A DNA stretch of 64,000 nt, taken from NCBI GenBank assembly GCA_025603075.1, contig MU626292.1, forward strand, positions 62,001 through 126,000. Direction: 5' to 3'. Source of the DNA: Neoconidiobolus thromboides FSU 785 (taxonomy: Eukaryota > Fungi > Entomophthoromycota). The notes below the pieces were generated by a model. The model was not told where the DNA came from. It saw only the letters and a list, made by a program, of their open reading frames with translations, and searched no databases. The position numbers and the translations under genes were made by a program. Below are positions 12,510 through 24,847 of the stretch, piece by piece; position 1 is the first letter of the stretch; the number at the start of each line of letters is the position of its first letter.

Positions 12510-13920
12510 TTGTGTATAAAAATTGAATTTGAGTTAAAATTAAATTTTTGAATTTACGTAACTGTAAAATGCTTAGTGAAAAATTGGCTTAAGTTTTGTT
12601 GGTAAATAATGGGATTTTCGAGTTTGAAATTTAAAAGTAACTTAGATTGTTATTAGAAAATATCAAAAAATTTATAAAAATGGATTTGTCTTATCAGTAT
12701 AATGTATTAGTTTGTTACACTGAGCCTATTGCATGTTTCAATTCGATAAATTTATATATCAATTGTAACCTTGGAAATGATAACATGGACTTTAATGATA
12801 AGTTTGTGACAGTACACTTAGATAACATTAATGATGCTACAATAGTAGATGATTTCGCAGTTAGAAATCAAAAATGGGCTAAATAATCTCATTCTTGTTT
12901 TATAGTAGTTAAAGCAATTTTTTTGAAGCCAAAGTTTTGATGATTTTTCCTTAAACTATAAATTAAATAATTATTGGAATTCTACATTTTGGTTTAATGA
13001 TTTTAAATTGCATTATGATATGTTATATCCTACTCATGTTATTTTTCTCCAGATGGATGTGTTACCAATTTAAAGCAATATGAAAAGCTTGAGTGTTCTA
13101 GCTCTTCTGACTTTAGCTGTCCTCAATGTGGTGACTAATAGAAAGAATTACATGGATATTAAAACTTGATTTATTGCTTATCACATCAGGTTTATGTTTG
13201 GATCTAGAGTTTCTCCTAATATCATTACCTTTGGTAATGTCAAATTTAAAAAGTCGAAAAATTACTTTAATAGTCAAAGTTTATCTAATATACATTTAAA
13301 ACTAAAGTGAAGATTAAAAGCTTTAAACGATTGTAATATATGATGATAAATATTAGTGATGTACTATATAAGGAATGCTTGATTGAAAGGCAAACATAAG
13401 ACGATGAACATGACATATAAACACAGTGATGCTTCAAGTGATGGTGGAGAAAATTTATTAGAGGATGATATATTATATATTAAGTGATAGTTTTTTTACG
13501 TTTGTGATGGCAATGAAAGTATAATTAATGTTGGTTCGCACTGAGTTATTTATAACTGTGTATTTATAATAGATAGACAAAGGTCGTCATTAAATAAGAT
13601 AATAATAGTATTCAACTGTATAGATGATAACAAGTGAATAACTAGAAGTAAAAAGCTTCCATATAAACATCAAAACGTAGGCGGAATTGTGTTGAATGAC
13701 ACTGGTTATTCAAAAATTAGTCATAATAACAAAAGACAGTATGAGTATAAGTTACATATACGGTTGATTTTTTGTGTCTAAAAAAAATAAAAAAGGCTAT
13801 AGCCTTTATCAAAATGGTCATTTATTACAAGGATTAAAAAATGACATAGGATGGTTAGAAAGAACAAAGAAATGTGAAAAACTCAAGCTAAAAGTAATAA
13901 TACATAGTCAAAAATTAATT

Positions 13921-14986
13921 TCAACGCCTAAGCTTAAATGACTTAACAATTTTTCTCCTAGCTGCCTCTTTCATACTAGCCCTCGTTTTTTCAACACTTT
14001 TGTTGTCGATTTTATGCTTTTTACTACTTTCAAAGCCCTGTTCTTTCCGGTCTCCAATTTCTCTTTTCTTTACAGTACTTCTTTTGTCGGCTATAATTTC
14101 TTCTTCCTCAATTGAGCTATCATCCTCCATAGTAATGCCTTCTTCTTTGTTTTCTTTTAAATTAACTGCTGCACTTGTTTTATCATCATGGAATGCCTCT
14201 AGGTCGGAATCCTTTTTGATTTCCTCTCTTTTTTTATCTTGGTTTTCTATTGTTTGTTCAAGCTTTATTATCCTCTCATTTAAATAGCAGATCAAAGATT
14301 GTGCCTAAAAAATATTAATTTCGATTCAAATGTAATGACTATTCGCTCACCTTCCTCATGTTATCTTGAAGTTTACTCAAAGCAGGCAAGTCCATCATCT
14401 GTTCATTTTTTAAAGCAAAAAAATCGCTAGAGTGCTCGCTCGGTCCTAGCTGGTATCTTTACTTAATTAGTATATATTTATTACCTTTTAATAAAAATAA
14501 CTTACAAAGACACTTTATCTATCGAAAAAGTATACATATCTCTAACTAATTTAAACATTTTTGTTTACTTTTGTTAGTTTCAAATTACCTTATATGATCT
14601 AAAGAACGAGGCGTTGTTTTGTATACTTTACCAAGGTAGGCTTCACAAGAGCTACAGTTCATGGTGGTAAAAGTACTAAAAAAAACATGTTAATTTCAGA
14701 AAAGCATATTTTATTCTAATATTACCTCCCAATATCAATCCCTTGTTTAGACGTTTCTAACTCCTCATTTACAATTACTTCTTTTGATTTATCTACCAAA
14801 AATAAGCCTTTAATCTTCAAATTATTAAAGAAATTATATATATCTACCATATAATGAAAAAGATCTTAGTTCAGAATCTGCACCTAACCATGAGTAAGAG
14901 TCTCCCACAATCGCTCTACAATTGGAACAGAAGATGACTAGGGGTGCGCTCACTTGTTCCCCTCGAGTTTTTTCTTTATGATTCAT
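13921..14986 (-). CDS. MIS18: Mis18 (Yippee-like) centromere licensing protein; start approximate
   Basis: PLVIFCSNCRAIVGDSYSW and CSSCEAYLGKVYKTTPRSLDHIR zinc-binding pairs followed by a coiled coil. Confidence 0.8.
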
Positions 14987-15216
14987 CAAGATTAAAAAGG
15001 TAAATTGATTTTGCAACAAATGGCTGCTTTGAACCAATCAATCTACTGCTGTAATTTACAATTTAAAACCATAAAAATGATGACAAAAACAAAATGTTCA
15101 AATAATTAAAAATATAAATATAAAGCTCTAGCTTTTGTTTATTGAGTAAAACACTTAAAAATAACATTTCTTTTAAAATGTATAAAATAGCTCTAATCTT
15201 ATTCTAACCAATAATT

Positions 15217-17864
15217 TTAATTTTTGTGCATTCTTTCCGATTCCAACTGCTGCTGGAACCACATGGATCTATAAATAGAGTCTGAATTTAATAACTCATG
15301 ATGACTACCTTGTTCCACTACTTTACCATGATTGAGGACAAAAATGATATCTAAATGTAAAGTTAAACTATTTCAAAATAATAAAAAGGATTTACCAGCA
15401 TCTGAAATAGTTTTAAGGCGATGAGCAATAAATATTGAGGTGCGATCTTTACCCAAAAACGATTTAATAGAATCTAACAATGCATTTTCAGTTGTGGTAT
15501 CTAAAGCGGAGGTAGCTTCATCAAAAAATACAATCTGACTGTCTTTGAGTATGGTTCGAGATAAAGCTATACGTTGTTTTTCTCCACCTTGTTTTATTCA
15601 TTAATAAAAAAAACACATATTTTGTTTTTATTATTTTCTTACCTGATAACATCAGCCCCCTTTCGCCTACCATAGTATCATAACCCTTTGGTAATCTCAT
15701 AATTGTTTTGTGTATCTGTGCTTTTTTAGCTGCTTCTATCACTTGCTCTTTGGTGGCTTTTGGATTCCCATAAGCAATATTATAGTAAATGGTGTTATTA
15801 AATAAAGGGGTATCCTAAATAAAAATAATTATTTTTTATGATAATAGCTATTAAAACCATTTTTACTTGCGGCATGACCCCAATTTGGGATCTTAAAGAA
15901 TCAAGCTTGACTTGAGTAATATCTTGTCCATCTAATTTAATCGTGCCATTGGTAGGTTCATAAAAGCGATATAATAATCTCATAATTGTAGATTTACTAT
16001 TGATTTTTAGTATAAGGAAATATACTAAATTTAAAGCTAAGTTACCCGCAACCCGAAGGCCCTACAAAGGCTACTTTTTTGCCTGCTGGTACTACAAAAT
16101 TAAAATCGGATAATATCTGTCTGTCTTTATTATATCCAAACGAAACGTTTTCGAACACAATTTCCCCCCCTTTATATTCATATGGTACAGCATTTGGTAA
16201 TTCCTGATAATAAGTACTAGCTTAATATAAAACAAATACTTCTATTACCTTTATCTCACTTTTAATTTTCTGTAAATTAAACATGGTACCCATATCGGTC
16301 AAAGATTGCTTGAGTTCCCTATAAACTGAACCCAAAAAGTTTAAAGGAACCGATAACTGGAATACCAGTCCATTGATCATCACTAAATCACCAATTGTCA
16401 ATGCTCCAGTAACAATACCCTCACTAGCCAAATACATCATAAGCGTTAAAGAAGTGCTAAAAATAGCATTTTGTCCAGCATTTAAGAAAGCTAAACTTAA
16501 CCACGTTTTCCTGGCTGCAACCTCATATTTTGCTAGCGATTCATCGTATCTACTAACTTCATATTTTTCATTGTTAAAGTACTATATTCAAAGTAATAAA
16601 TAATCTAATAAATAAAAATTTCCTTAATAGAACTTACTTTTACAGCTTCAAAATTAATTAGTGAGTCAATAGATCTAGACGCGCCTTCATTATCAGCTGC
16701 ATTCATATCTCTCCGTATCTTAGTTCTAAACAAATTATCAACAAAAAGGTAATACTATATAAATATATTCGCCTACCTCCAAGTAGTTACCATAACAGTA
16801 AAGGTAGTATAAGCAGTAACTGTGCCAAGAGTTAAAGCTGCAAATTGAGCTCCATAATTGGATGCCTATACAATAATTAAAACCATTATAAATGTGCTCA
16901 AATTTTTGTTATACAAAAACATACCAAAATACTACACACCATCGCGACTTCAAGTACTGTAGGTAGCATATGAAAAACGATCGCAGATAATAAAAAATTG
17001 ATACCCCTAAAATATTAAATAAAACAATGAAAGTAATAAATTAAGTTTACTTTGTCCCACGGTCAATGGCCCTATGTAGGCCACCGGTTTGTCTAGTTAA
17101 ATGGAACTGTAGGTCTAAATTTAATAAATGATCAAACGTTCTTTTAGCCACAGTACGAATCGCTTTTTGTGACACTTTGACAAAAACAGCGCTCCGTAAC
17201 TCTTGAAATAATGTAGCACCTAACCTGGCAGCACCATCTTTTTAAATGATTAATAAGAAATAAAGATAAAAATAAATATTATTTTTACATCCTATCAACA
17301 AAGCTCCTGCTCCCGATGTTAGGGTTAGTGCGGCTTCTGGTGCGTTATTCAAAGTATCAACAATATGCTTAAAAATTATTGGTACTTGCACGTTCAGAAC
17401 CTTTTTTTAAAATAAATCAAATAAATCAAAAATACTGTTAAATTTACTTTCCCGATCCCCAGAAAAGCGAGTGAAAGAATCAATCTCGATTTTGTGCCCC
17501 AATCATTTTTTGGCCACACATATTTAGTCAAGCTTTTTATGATTTCCATTTCTTGCTTTCGTTCAGACTCATCTTGTTTCTCTTGCAACAAAGTAGAACT
17601 CTCTACTTTTCCTTTTGTCTTATATGTTTGTAAATTGTTGTATGTCTAAATTAATTTTAGCTTGCCTTTTTATGAAAAACTTAAATTCACTTACTGGAAC
17701 TCCAACTTTGAAACTAACTCTATATTGATTTCTATGGCTTATACTATTGAGCTAACTATTAGTCAGTAAATCTATGTCCTTATTATAGTACTTACATAAT
17801 TAAATTTTATATGGCCATTAGGTCTGAATGAACTGGCATTTCTTTTTATCAATTGCAGTAACAT
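15217..17864 (-). CDS. ATM1: Mitochondrial ABC transporter Atm1/ABCB7, many exons
   Basis: Presequence-like N-terminus, [45 protein letters not shown], Walker A GPSGCG|[10 protein letters not shown]|[13 protein letters not shown]. Confidence 0.95.
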
Positions 17865-18126
17865 TTTTATAAATGGAAAAATAAAATGAATGTTTTTGAG
17901 TTTTTATTAATAATCATCTCCGCTTTTTTCGTCATTTTTTCAGACTTGACTAACTTGAGTTAGCTGTGCTAGAATGACCTTGTTGATAAGGCTTGGACTA
18001 ATTAGGTAAAAATACTAATAGTATGAATTTAAATTATTAATTCTTATTTTATTATCTAGATTTTATAAAAATAAACATAATATGTTTGTGTAAAATAAAT
18101 AGTTGTAATACAATAAATGATATTTA

Positions 18127-19166
18127 TTAACATTTAATATTCAAATTAAACTCATTTGTTTGATTGACTTTAACGTGGTTTAACGTATTCTCCCACACAT
18201 ACTCCAAATAGTGAACAACATTATCATGATCTAAAATGACTAGAGTGGTAGTACGAGTACCATAAAGCCTCTTGCTAATACCCCAAGGGTCGATGTTAAC
18301 TTTCCTAATGAAAACTTCATCACTCAGATCTTTTCTGCTATTTGCTACTTTAGTATCTTCTGTGGGTCTAAATAATAGTACTTAGTTTACATCTAAAGCT
18401 AATCAAATTTTAATCACCCCATAATTTTTAATACCTCTTTAGCTATTGTATTCAAATCCATATCCTATTTTTTGATTATTTACTATGACTTAAGTAGTGT
18501 TACAACTTACTTCCCTAATCACACTCTGAATCTTATCCTGTAATAAATCAATTTTTGTCAATTTTTCACCAAATTGCACATTTGACAGGGTATAAACCTG
18601 TTCCAACTTCAAGCTAGTAACCTTGGAATATTGATTGTCGTTTGATTCCTCAAAAGGATGTGCTAATAACTTCATTTCCTTCTTATTAAAATCCCCAAGG
18701 ACCAAATTAAACCCCTTATAATTTTCCAACTCATCCACAACCTTTGAAATATATTCATCAATTCCTGAGTTCCCGCTTAAATAATTTGTAACTAATTCAC
18801 CTCTAGAGTGATACTTTTTACTTGTGTTTTCAACTTGTCTAGGATTTGGTATATTAGTAAGAAAAGCTATCCTTCCATTTGAGCCTACCGCTAGCCAAGT
18901 GCCAGCTTGTTTATAGCAATTTATTCCATTAATATTTTCTTTTTGGATGCTATTTTCGCCATCTAACCCTGAAATAAAACTAGCTTCTCCTCCTTCTAAC
19001 TTCCATTCTTGAGCTAATAAAGTATTTCGATCCATCTTTTCATCACGATTAAAAGCTAATATGCTATCCCAAAGTTTTATTAGTTTCATATTAATAATTT
19101 ATGATTCGGTTTTTACAAATTTATAGTCGGATGTGATGTGGGATACCACCAACTGCAGATGCACAT
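18127..19166 (-). CDS. TANGO2: TANGO2/NRDE-family protein
   Basis: MCI start, ILAFNRDE, GTWLAV...GRIAFLTN, SRGELV, YKGFNLVLGD, YGTRTTTLVIL. Confidence 0.88.
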
Positions 19167-19428
19167 TGTTGTATTTATTATAAACTATTAACTTAATTTT
19201 TGCTTCTTACATTTGAACTTATATTTAAAACAAGCCAATTAAATTTTAATAAAAAAGCTAATGACAATATAAAGGCAATATTAGATAAGCCCAAAAATGG
19301 GCAAACTACACTCAATTTCCCATTTTACTACTTTCTATTAACTCTAAGCAAAAGTCTGGGAACAAAAAGTGCTCTTAAAGCACGGTTTAAAACTATCCAA
19401 AAACACTCTTTTTACAAAAAATCAAAAC

Positions 19429-21825
19429 ATGACACAATTTGAAATACAATTTCCTGAAACGACGAGTGCAAAGGGTTTTTACCTCTCAATAATCCTACTA
19501 AATGCTTTGCTAAGCTTCCGCCTACCTTCTTCATTGCAGGGTTTATTTTTGACCTGTATCGTATATGCTTTGCTACTATCCGGAAAGTCCATAACCAAAT
19601 TTTTAGCTCTATTGTTTTCTATTATTCGTGTGGTTCTAGCACTTTCATTTACTGTCAACGTTTCCATATGGACTATTTTAGTTACGTATTCACTTTCTAT
19701 CATGCTATGTTGGATTCTTTATAAGATATCTGTTTCTATAGACAATAAACAATTATTACATCTATTTAACGTAAGGCTGATGGAACCGCCTTCCCTTTTT
19801 TTAAGGCTGTTACAGCACAATTCTGCTCACATTATATGGGAACATCCATTGGATAGATACATTGACGGTTATCATGTGGAAGTCAATAATCATATTATTT
19901 GTCGTTGCGATGCTCATGAGAGAGCAGTATCAATACCAAATTTGAGACCCAATTGCACGTATAGAATAAGGATATGGGCGTTTTCTAGAACTAGGGGGAA
20001 AGCAGCATCACTTTATATATCGTTTCACACACCAAAAGAGCCTTTAGACGGTGCGAATAATGCGAATTATCAAAGTAATGAGATACCAACTGAAGAGGAT
20101 GTGAAGCAGCTAGAGCATGACCTTAAAGTAATTCAAGAGAGTAGGGAGAATATAAAGACAGAGATGGAATCGTTGCAAAAAGAAGAAGCGATGCCAAGTT
20201 CTATACAAGAAGATATTCAAAAAAAAAAAGAGGAGGTTGCCAAGCTTAAAGAAAAGTTAGAAACAGTAAAAAAAGAAAGAGAGATTATATGTAATGAAAA
20301 AGATGAATTGAAAGGAAAAAAGTTAAATCAGGAACGATTGTATGACGAGTTGAATGATACGCTTAAAAAATTAAAAAATGAAATGCAAAGTTTACAAAGT
20401 AAAGTGGAAACACAAAAAAAGTTTAAATTAGAGCAACCTAAGCTGATTCATCAAATGGAAAAAAAGTACTGTATTGATATTAATAAACTTAGGAAGGAAT
20501 GTCAAAGCTTAGAAGATGAAGTAAAAAAGATAGGCAAAGAAACGGAGGCTACGATCCACCAGTATGAAGAAAAACAGGGGGAACTAAATAAAAAGAGAGA
20601 AGAGCATCAAAAATTAGAAAAACAAATTAAAGAAAGTATAGAATTCCAAAACAGGACTCAAGGAATAAGCAAGGAAGAAATAATTAAGTTCTTAAATCAA
20701 GTCAGTAAACTTAAACAGCTTGAACAAAATAAAACAGAATTAAATTTTCGACTCGAAGACTTGAATTCAAAAAAGTTACAGCTTCTACAATCTTTAGCTT
20801 CTTTTAATAAAGTTAAGAATAAAGATTCTATAAAAAATAAGAAAAAAGAGGTATACAAAGTTGAAAAGGCGAATGAAACTATAGATAAAAAGAAACATAG
20901 TATGGATGATGATTCACTAAATGGCTATGACCATTTGTTTAATGAAGACAATAAGAAACATAGCATGGATAATGATTCCTTAAATGGCTACGATCTTTTA
21001 TTTAATGAAGATAAAAAGAGTGCTATTGAGTCATGGCCTTTAGCAACTTCATTATCAGCTAATCCAACTACTTCAAGTAATCCTTTTAAAGAATACCATA
21101 ACCAAGATTATAGTCAAGATCCATGGAGTGCTTTATTGAATCCTGTGGCCAGGAATCAGAGCAAAGGATTAGGAAGGAATGTGTCTACCCCACCACCTGG
21201 GTTTTCCAGCAAAACTATAGAAAACCGCATTGATAATTCAAAATTTTTAAATGATACGCCATGGTTTAACAAACGAAGCTTTGAAATCAATAGTAAAGAA
21301 GATAGCACTTTTGATCCTTTTAGTGAGCCTTTAAACCCACAACCTTTTTCATATCAAAGTTCAAAGCCTATTACTTCTTCTATTAGTAATCAATCCTTTT
21401 CGCCATTTAATCAAAGCAGATCAACCCAAGCTAATACCACTCAAGCTTACTCTCCATTTCAACCTTCATTAACGCCTCAAACTAGCGTTACCCAATCTTA
21501 TTCTCCATTTCAGACTTCATTAGCGCCTCACACTAATGGCACTCGGTCGTATTCTCCCTTTGAGACTCCATTGACAACTCAAGCCACGGGCATTTCTAGT
21601 TATTCTTTATTCCCACCACCACCCGGATTCAAAAGAGAAGTAAAAGAAAAGAATGAAGCGTCTAGTTGGTTGGATGAGTTTGATTTTAGTACTCAAATGA
21701 ATACCCCGATACAAAAAAATACTGATACCTTTACTACTTCTTTTGATGATGTTTGGGGATTGAATGATTTTTTAAAGCAAAGTGATTCTTCATCAAATAA
21801 TAATGAAAAGGATGACTCCCAATGA
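19429..21825 (+). CDS. Intronless ~799-aa membrane protein: hydrophobic N-terminal segments, fibronectin type III domain, long coiled coil, low-complexity tail
   Basis: Uninterrupted ORF; FN3-like AHIIWEHP...GYHVEVN...SIPNLRPNCTYRIRIWAFSRTRG; heptad-rich E/K/L region. Confidence 0.75.
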   Translation: MTQFEIQFPETTSAKGFYLSIILLNALLSFRLPSSLQGLFLTCIVYALLLSGKSITKFLALLFSIIRVVLALSFTVNVSIWTILVTYSLSIMLCWILYKISVSIDNKQLLHLFNVRLMEPPSLFLRLLQHNSAHIIWEHPLDRYIDGYHVEVNNHIICRCDAHERAVSIPNLRPNCTYRIRIWAFSRTRGKAASLYISFHTPKEPLDGANNANYQSNEIPTEEDVKQLEHDLKVIQESRENIKTEMESLQKEEAMPSSIQEDIQKKKEEVAKLKEKLETVKKEREIICNEKDELKGKKLNQERLYDELNDTLKKLKNEMQSLQSKVETQKKFKLEQPKLIHQMEKKYCIDINKLRKECQSLEDEVKKIGKETEATIHQYEEKQGELNKKREEHQKLEKQIKESIEFQNRTQGISKEEIIKFLNQVSKLKQLEQNKTELNFRLEDLNSKKLQLLQSLASFNKVKNKDSIKNKKKEVYKVEKANETIDKKKHSMDDDSLNGYDHLFNEDNKKHSMDNDSLNGYDLLFNEDKKSAIESWPLATSLSANPTTSSNPFKEYHNQDYSQDPWSALLNPVARNQSKGLGRNVSTPPPGFSSKTIENRIDNSKFLNDTPWFNKRSFEINSKEDSTFDPFSEPLNPQPFSYQSSKPITSSISNQSFSPFNQSRSTQANTTQAYSPFQPSLTPQTSVTQSYSPFQTSLAPHTNGTRSYSPFETPLTTQATGISSYSLFPPPPGFKREVKEKNEASSWLDEFDFSTQMNTPIQKNTDTFTTSFDDVWGLNDFLKQSDSSSNNNEKDDSQ
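20890..21015 (+). repeat. 63-bp (21-aa) coding tandem duplication
   Basis: KKHSMDDDSLNGYDHLFNEDN / KKHSMDNDSLNGYDLLFNEDK, with matching DNA. Confidence 0.9.
21388..21612 (+). repeat. 51-bp (17-aa) coding tandem repeat, about 4.5 units
   Basis: NQSFSPFNQSRSTQANT, TQAYSPFQPSLTPQTSV, TQSYSPFQTSLAPHTNG, TRSYSPFETPLTTQATG, ISSYSLF. Confidence 0.85.
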
Positions 21826-22009
21826 TAGTTTTGAATGTTAAATAAAAAATGAATGTTTTTAGTTAAATAGAATTTCATCTATGTTGTTAATTGTTTTTGT
21901 TATTATTCTGGTTTTAAAATTCAAACAAATAATTTAGATTAAATATTAATATTTATTTAGATATATTAAAATTTAACTTAATCTATTCTATTGCCATAAG
22001 CGATAAAAT

Positions 22010-23234
22010 TTATTCTTCATCGGTGATATCAGCATCTCCATCAACTTCAGTATTTTCTTTTTCAACACGGGCCATAAGTGCAGCCAACTCTTGTTCATCT
22101 GTATCTGAAACAGCTTTAGGCTAATAACGATGAATAATGATAGTCAAAGAGTTAAATAAAAGCTTACCTTCATCTTGATTGTAATGTTACCTGAATTCTT
22201 TACAAGTATTTCCTCGATTTTGCCAATTGCTTTTTCTAATACTTCAACACCTTCATTTTTATCAACTGAATTAGTAATCATAACATATAATGGTGGAGCT
22301 ACCAATTTAATCTAATATATTAAAATTTGAATGAATTTTATTCTTCTTACTAAAATGAAACTTACTTTGATTTGATTAGACTCATTAGAGCACTCCTCTC
22401 CAGCTGTTAATGCAGCTTTGATGGTATCAATACCATCATAGCCAAAACAAGTGACTTCAATATCTAACAAAATAATCAATATATTCGTCCTATAACACTA
22501 AATTTAAAAAATTTACCTGCTCTGAATTTTGTTGGTTGAGGTGTAAGTTTGCTGCGGATCTTGTTTAAAAGCTCTTCTTTGATACTAGGTTCAATTTCAA
22601 GAGACTCAAATACGGAGTCTGGTTCACTAATAATAATTTATTAAAAATAAGCTAATAAATAAACAATAAAACTAGGCGCTTACGTAATGGCTAAACGGAA
22701 AGCATCATAAGCATGACCGTATTTTTTGTAAAGCGGCCAGCCGAATTGTTGATAAAGAGATTCTAAATCAATAGATTTCTTTTCAGCTACATGACGCATA
22801 ATACTATGAACCTATTAATCATACAAATTAATGAAAGGTTATAATAATAAATAAATAAATTACAGCTTTTGACTTATTGAACTTTTCTTCAGCCTTAATA
22901 ACTTCTTCAGGTGACACTCTCCTTTTAGAAAGATCAATATAACCTGACAAAAAAAATTCAAGTTAACGCCTATATTCTCTAAAAAATATATAAAACTACC
23001 TTTCTCTTTATCAACACGCATAACTACAACGACTTCATTTCTACCAACTCGAATAATCTTTTGCACTGATCTTATACGTTTTCTAGATAACTCTGATAAA
23101 AGAACCATACCCTCGATGTTATCATATTCTAATAGATTCACGTAAGCTCCAACTTCAGCAATTGATCGCACATTTACCATCACTACTTCATCCACCTCCG
23201 GGTATTTATTTTCATACATTCGACAGTTGTTCAT
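22010..23234 (-). CDS. SUI2: Translation initiation factor eIF2 alpha
   Basis: [53 protein letters not shown] (contains the Ser51 context). Confidence 0.97.
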
Positions 23235-24461
23235 CTTAACTTTTTCTTTTTAATCAAAGTTAATTTTGGTTTAAATTTTCTATCTTTTTTTATTGTGTGA
23301 TTTTTTTTTGAGTAGTTTGATTGGCTAAAAACAAAATTAGCGAAGTTAAAATTTAAGAAAATTGAAAAAATATGAAAATTCATAATAGGCTGATATTTTT
23401 CTTGATGTTCTTCATTTATAATGCTATATATGAACATTATAAACACATAACAGGGTTTTTTACTATTGTTCTATCGATTTTCTTTTTTTAATCTTTTTTT
23501 TATCATAAATGGACGATTTGTTAAAGGTTAAAAAAGGGATTTTAGTATAAAATCCCATTTTTTAAGCTTTAAAAACTATGATATAACCATCTTCATAAAT
23601 AATGTAACCTTTTTATGTAAATGATGGTAGGAGTATATAATTGCAATAGTAAAAATTCTGCTGCAAAATAATTAGAATTTTTAGTATAAAAATGGGTTAC
23701 AATCAAAAAAAACCATACGTTAGGAAAATAGAAAATAAAAAGCAACACTGCAACCAGCAACTCTGCCATTTTATTATAAAAAATATTAGGCTATTTATAA
23801 AAGTATCAATTAAATTAGTTTTATAAAATAAAACAATGTCATTTAAAAATATTTATTTAAATTGTTTGGTAAACTAATACTAAGTTAACTGAACTACTCT
23901 ATATATTGTAGTTCACCAGAAACTTTTTAGTCCTTTTTACCTTTAGTAAAACATCTTCGAGATTTACTAAATAAAGATAAAAAATGATGAAAAAAGTTTC
24001 TGGTGCTGTAAATTATTATTTTCGACTTTATAAATTATTGTTTAAATTAATATAAGTAGAACTACAAACATATAATATAAGCTCCTAAGGTCAACTTTTA
24101 AAAAATTATATATAAATGTTTGTTAAATACGCTATAATAAAAGATGGTATATATTGTTTAACATATTACAATTGATGAATTGTTTGGAATAGAATGATTG
24201 TTAACATCAATTGAGCTAAAATTGTAGCACTACAATAAAACGGAGAGCAAATATATAAGCAAAATATGAACTTGGATGTTGAAGCTTTTACTGAGATATT
24301 AAAATGAAGGTATAGTGATTTACTCCTTAAAATTACTATTGCACAAACTACACATAATAAATATTTACATGTTCTACTAAAACTAAGTTATTAGCGCATG
24401 AGTTATTTGGTTGAATTCATATAGAAAACTACACAAACATATCCTAAATAAAAACAATATA

Positions 24462-24561
24462 TGGGGATGTTTTTTTTGATTTCATTATCTTTACATCTTT
24501 TAAGCGTTATTTAAGTGGAAAAATTGCTAGTAAAATTCTTAAACACAAAAATATATCCCCA
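24462..24561 (+). mobile_element. MITE copy C
   Basis: Full length, flanks TA/TA. Confidence 0.9.
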
Positions 24562-24575
24562 TATGTAATACTATT

Positions 24576-24675
24576 TGGGATGTATTTTTGTGTTTAAGAA
24601 TTTTACTGACAAATTTTCCGCTTAAATAGTACTTAAAAAATGGAAGAAATAATGAAGTCAAAAAAAACACTCCCA
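24576..24675 (-). mobile_element. MITE copy D
   Basis: Full length, flanks TT/TT, 14 bp from copy C. Confidence 0.88.
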
Positions 24676-24847
24676 TTTGATGTTTTATACAAAATCTCAC
24701 AAACTTTTAAGCTTGACTATATAATATTATCAATTATTTGAAATCCTAGAAATAAAATACTATAAAATTTTATTTTTTAATTTGTGGCTAACATAATTTA
24801 ATGATAAAAAAGAATGATAACCAAATGAAACGTACAACAAAAATATA

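Noticed and set aside
23531-23563. GGGATTTTA-GTA-TAAAATCCC hairpin
   Set aside because: 9-bp AT-rich stem with no second copy; can arise by chance
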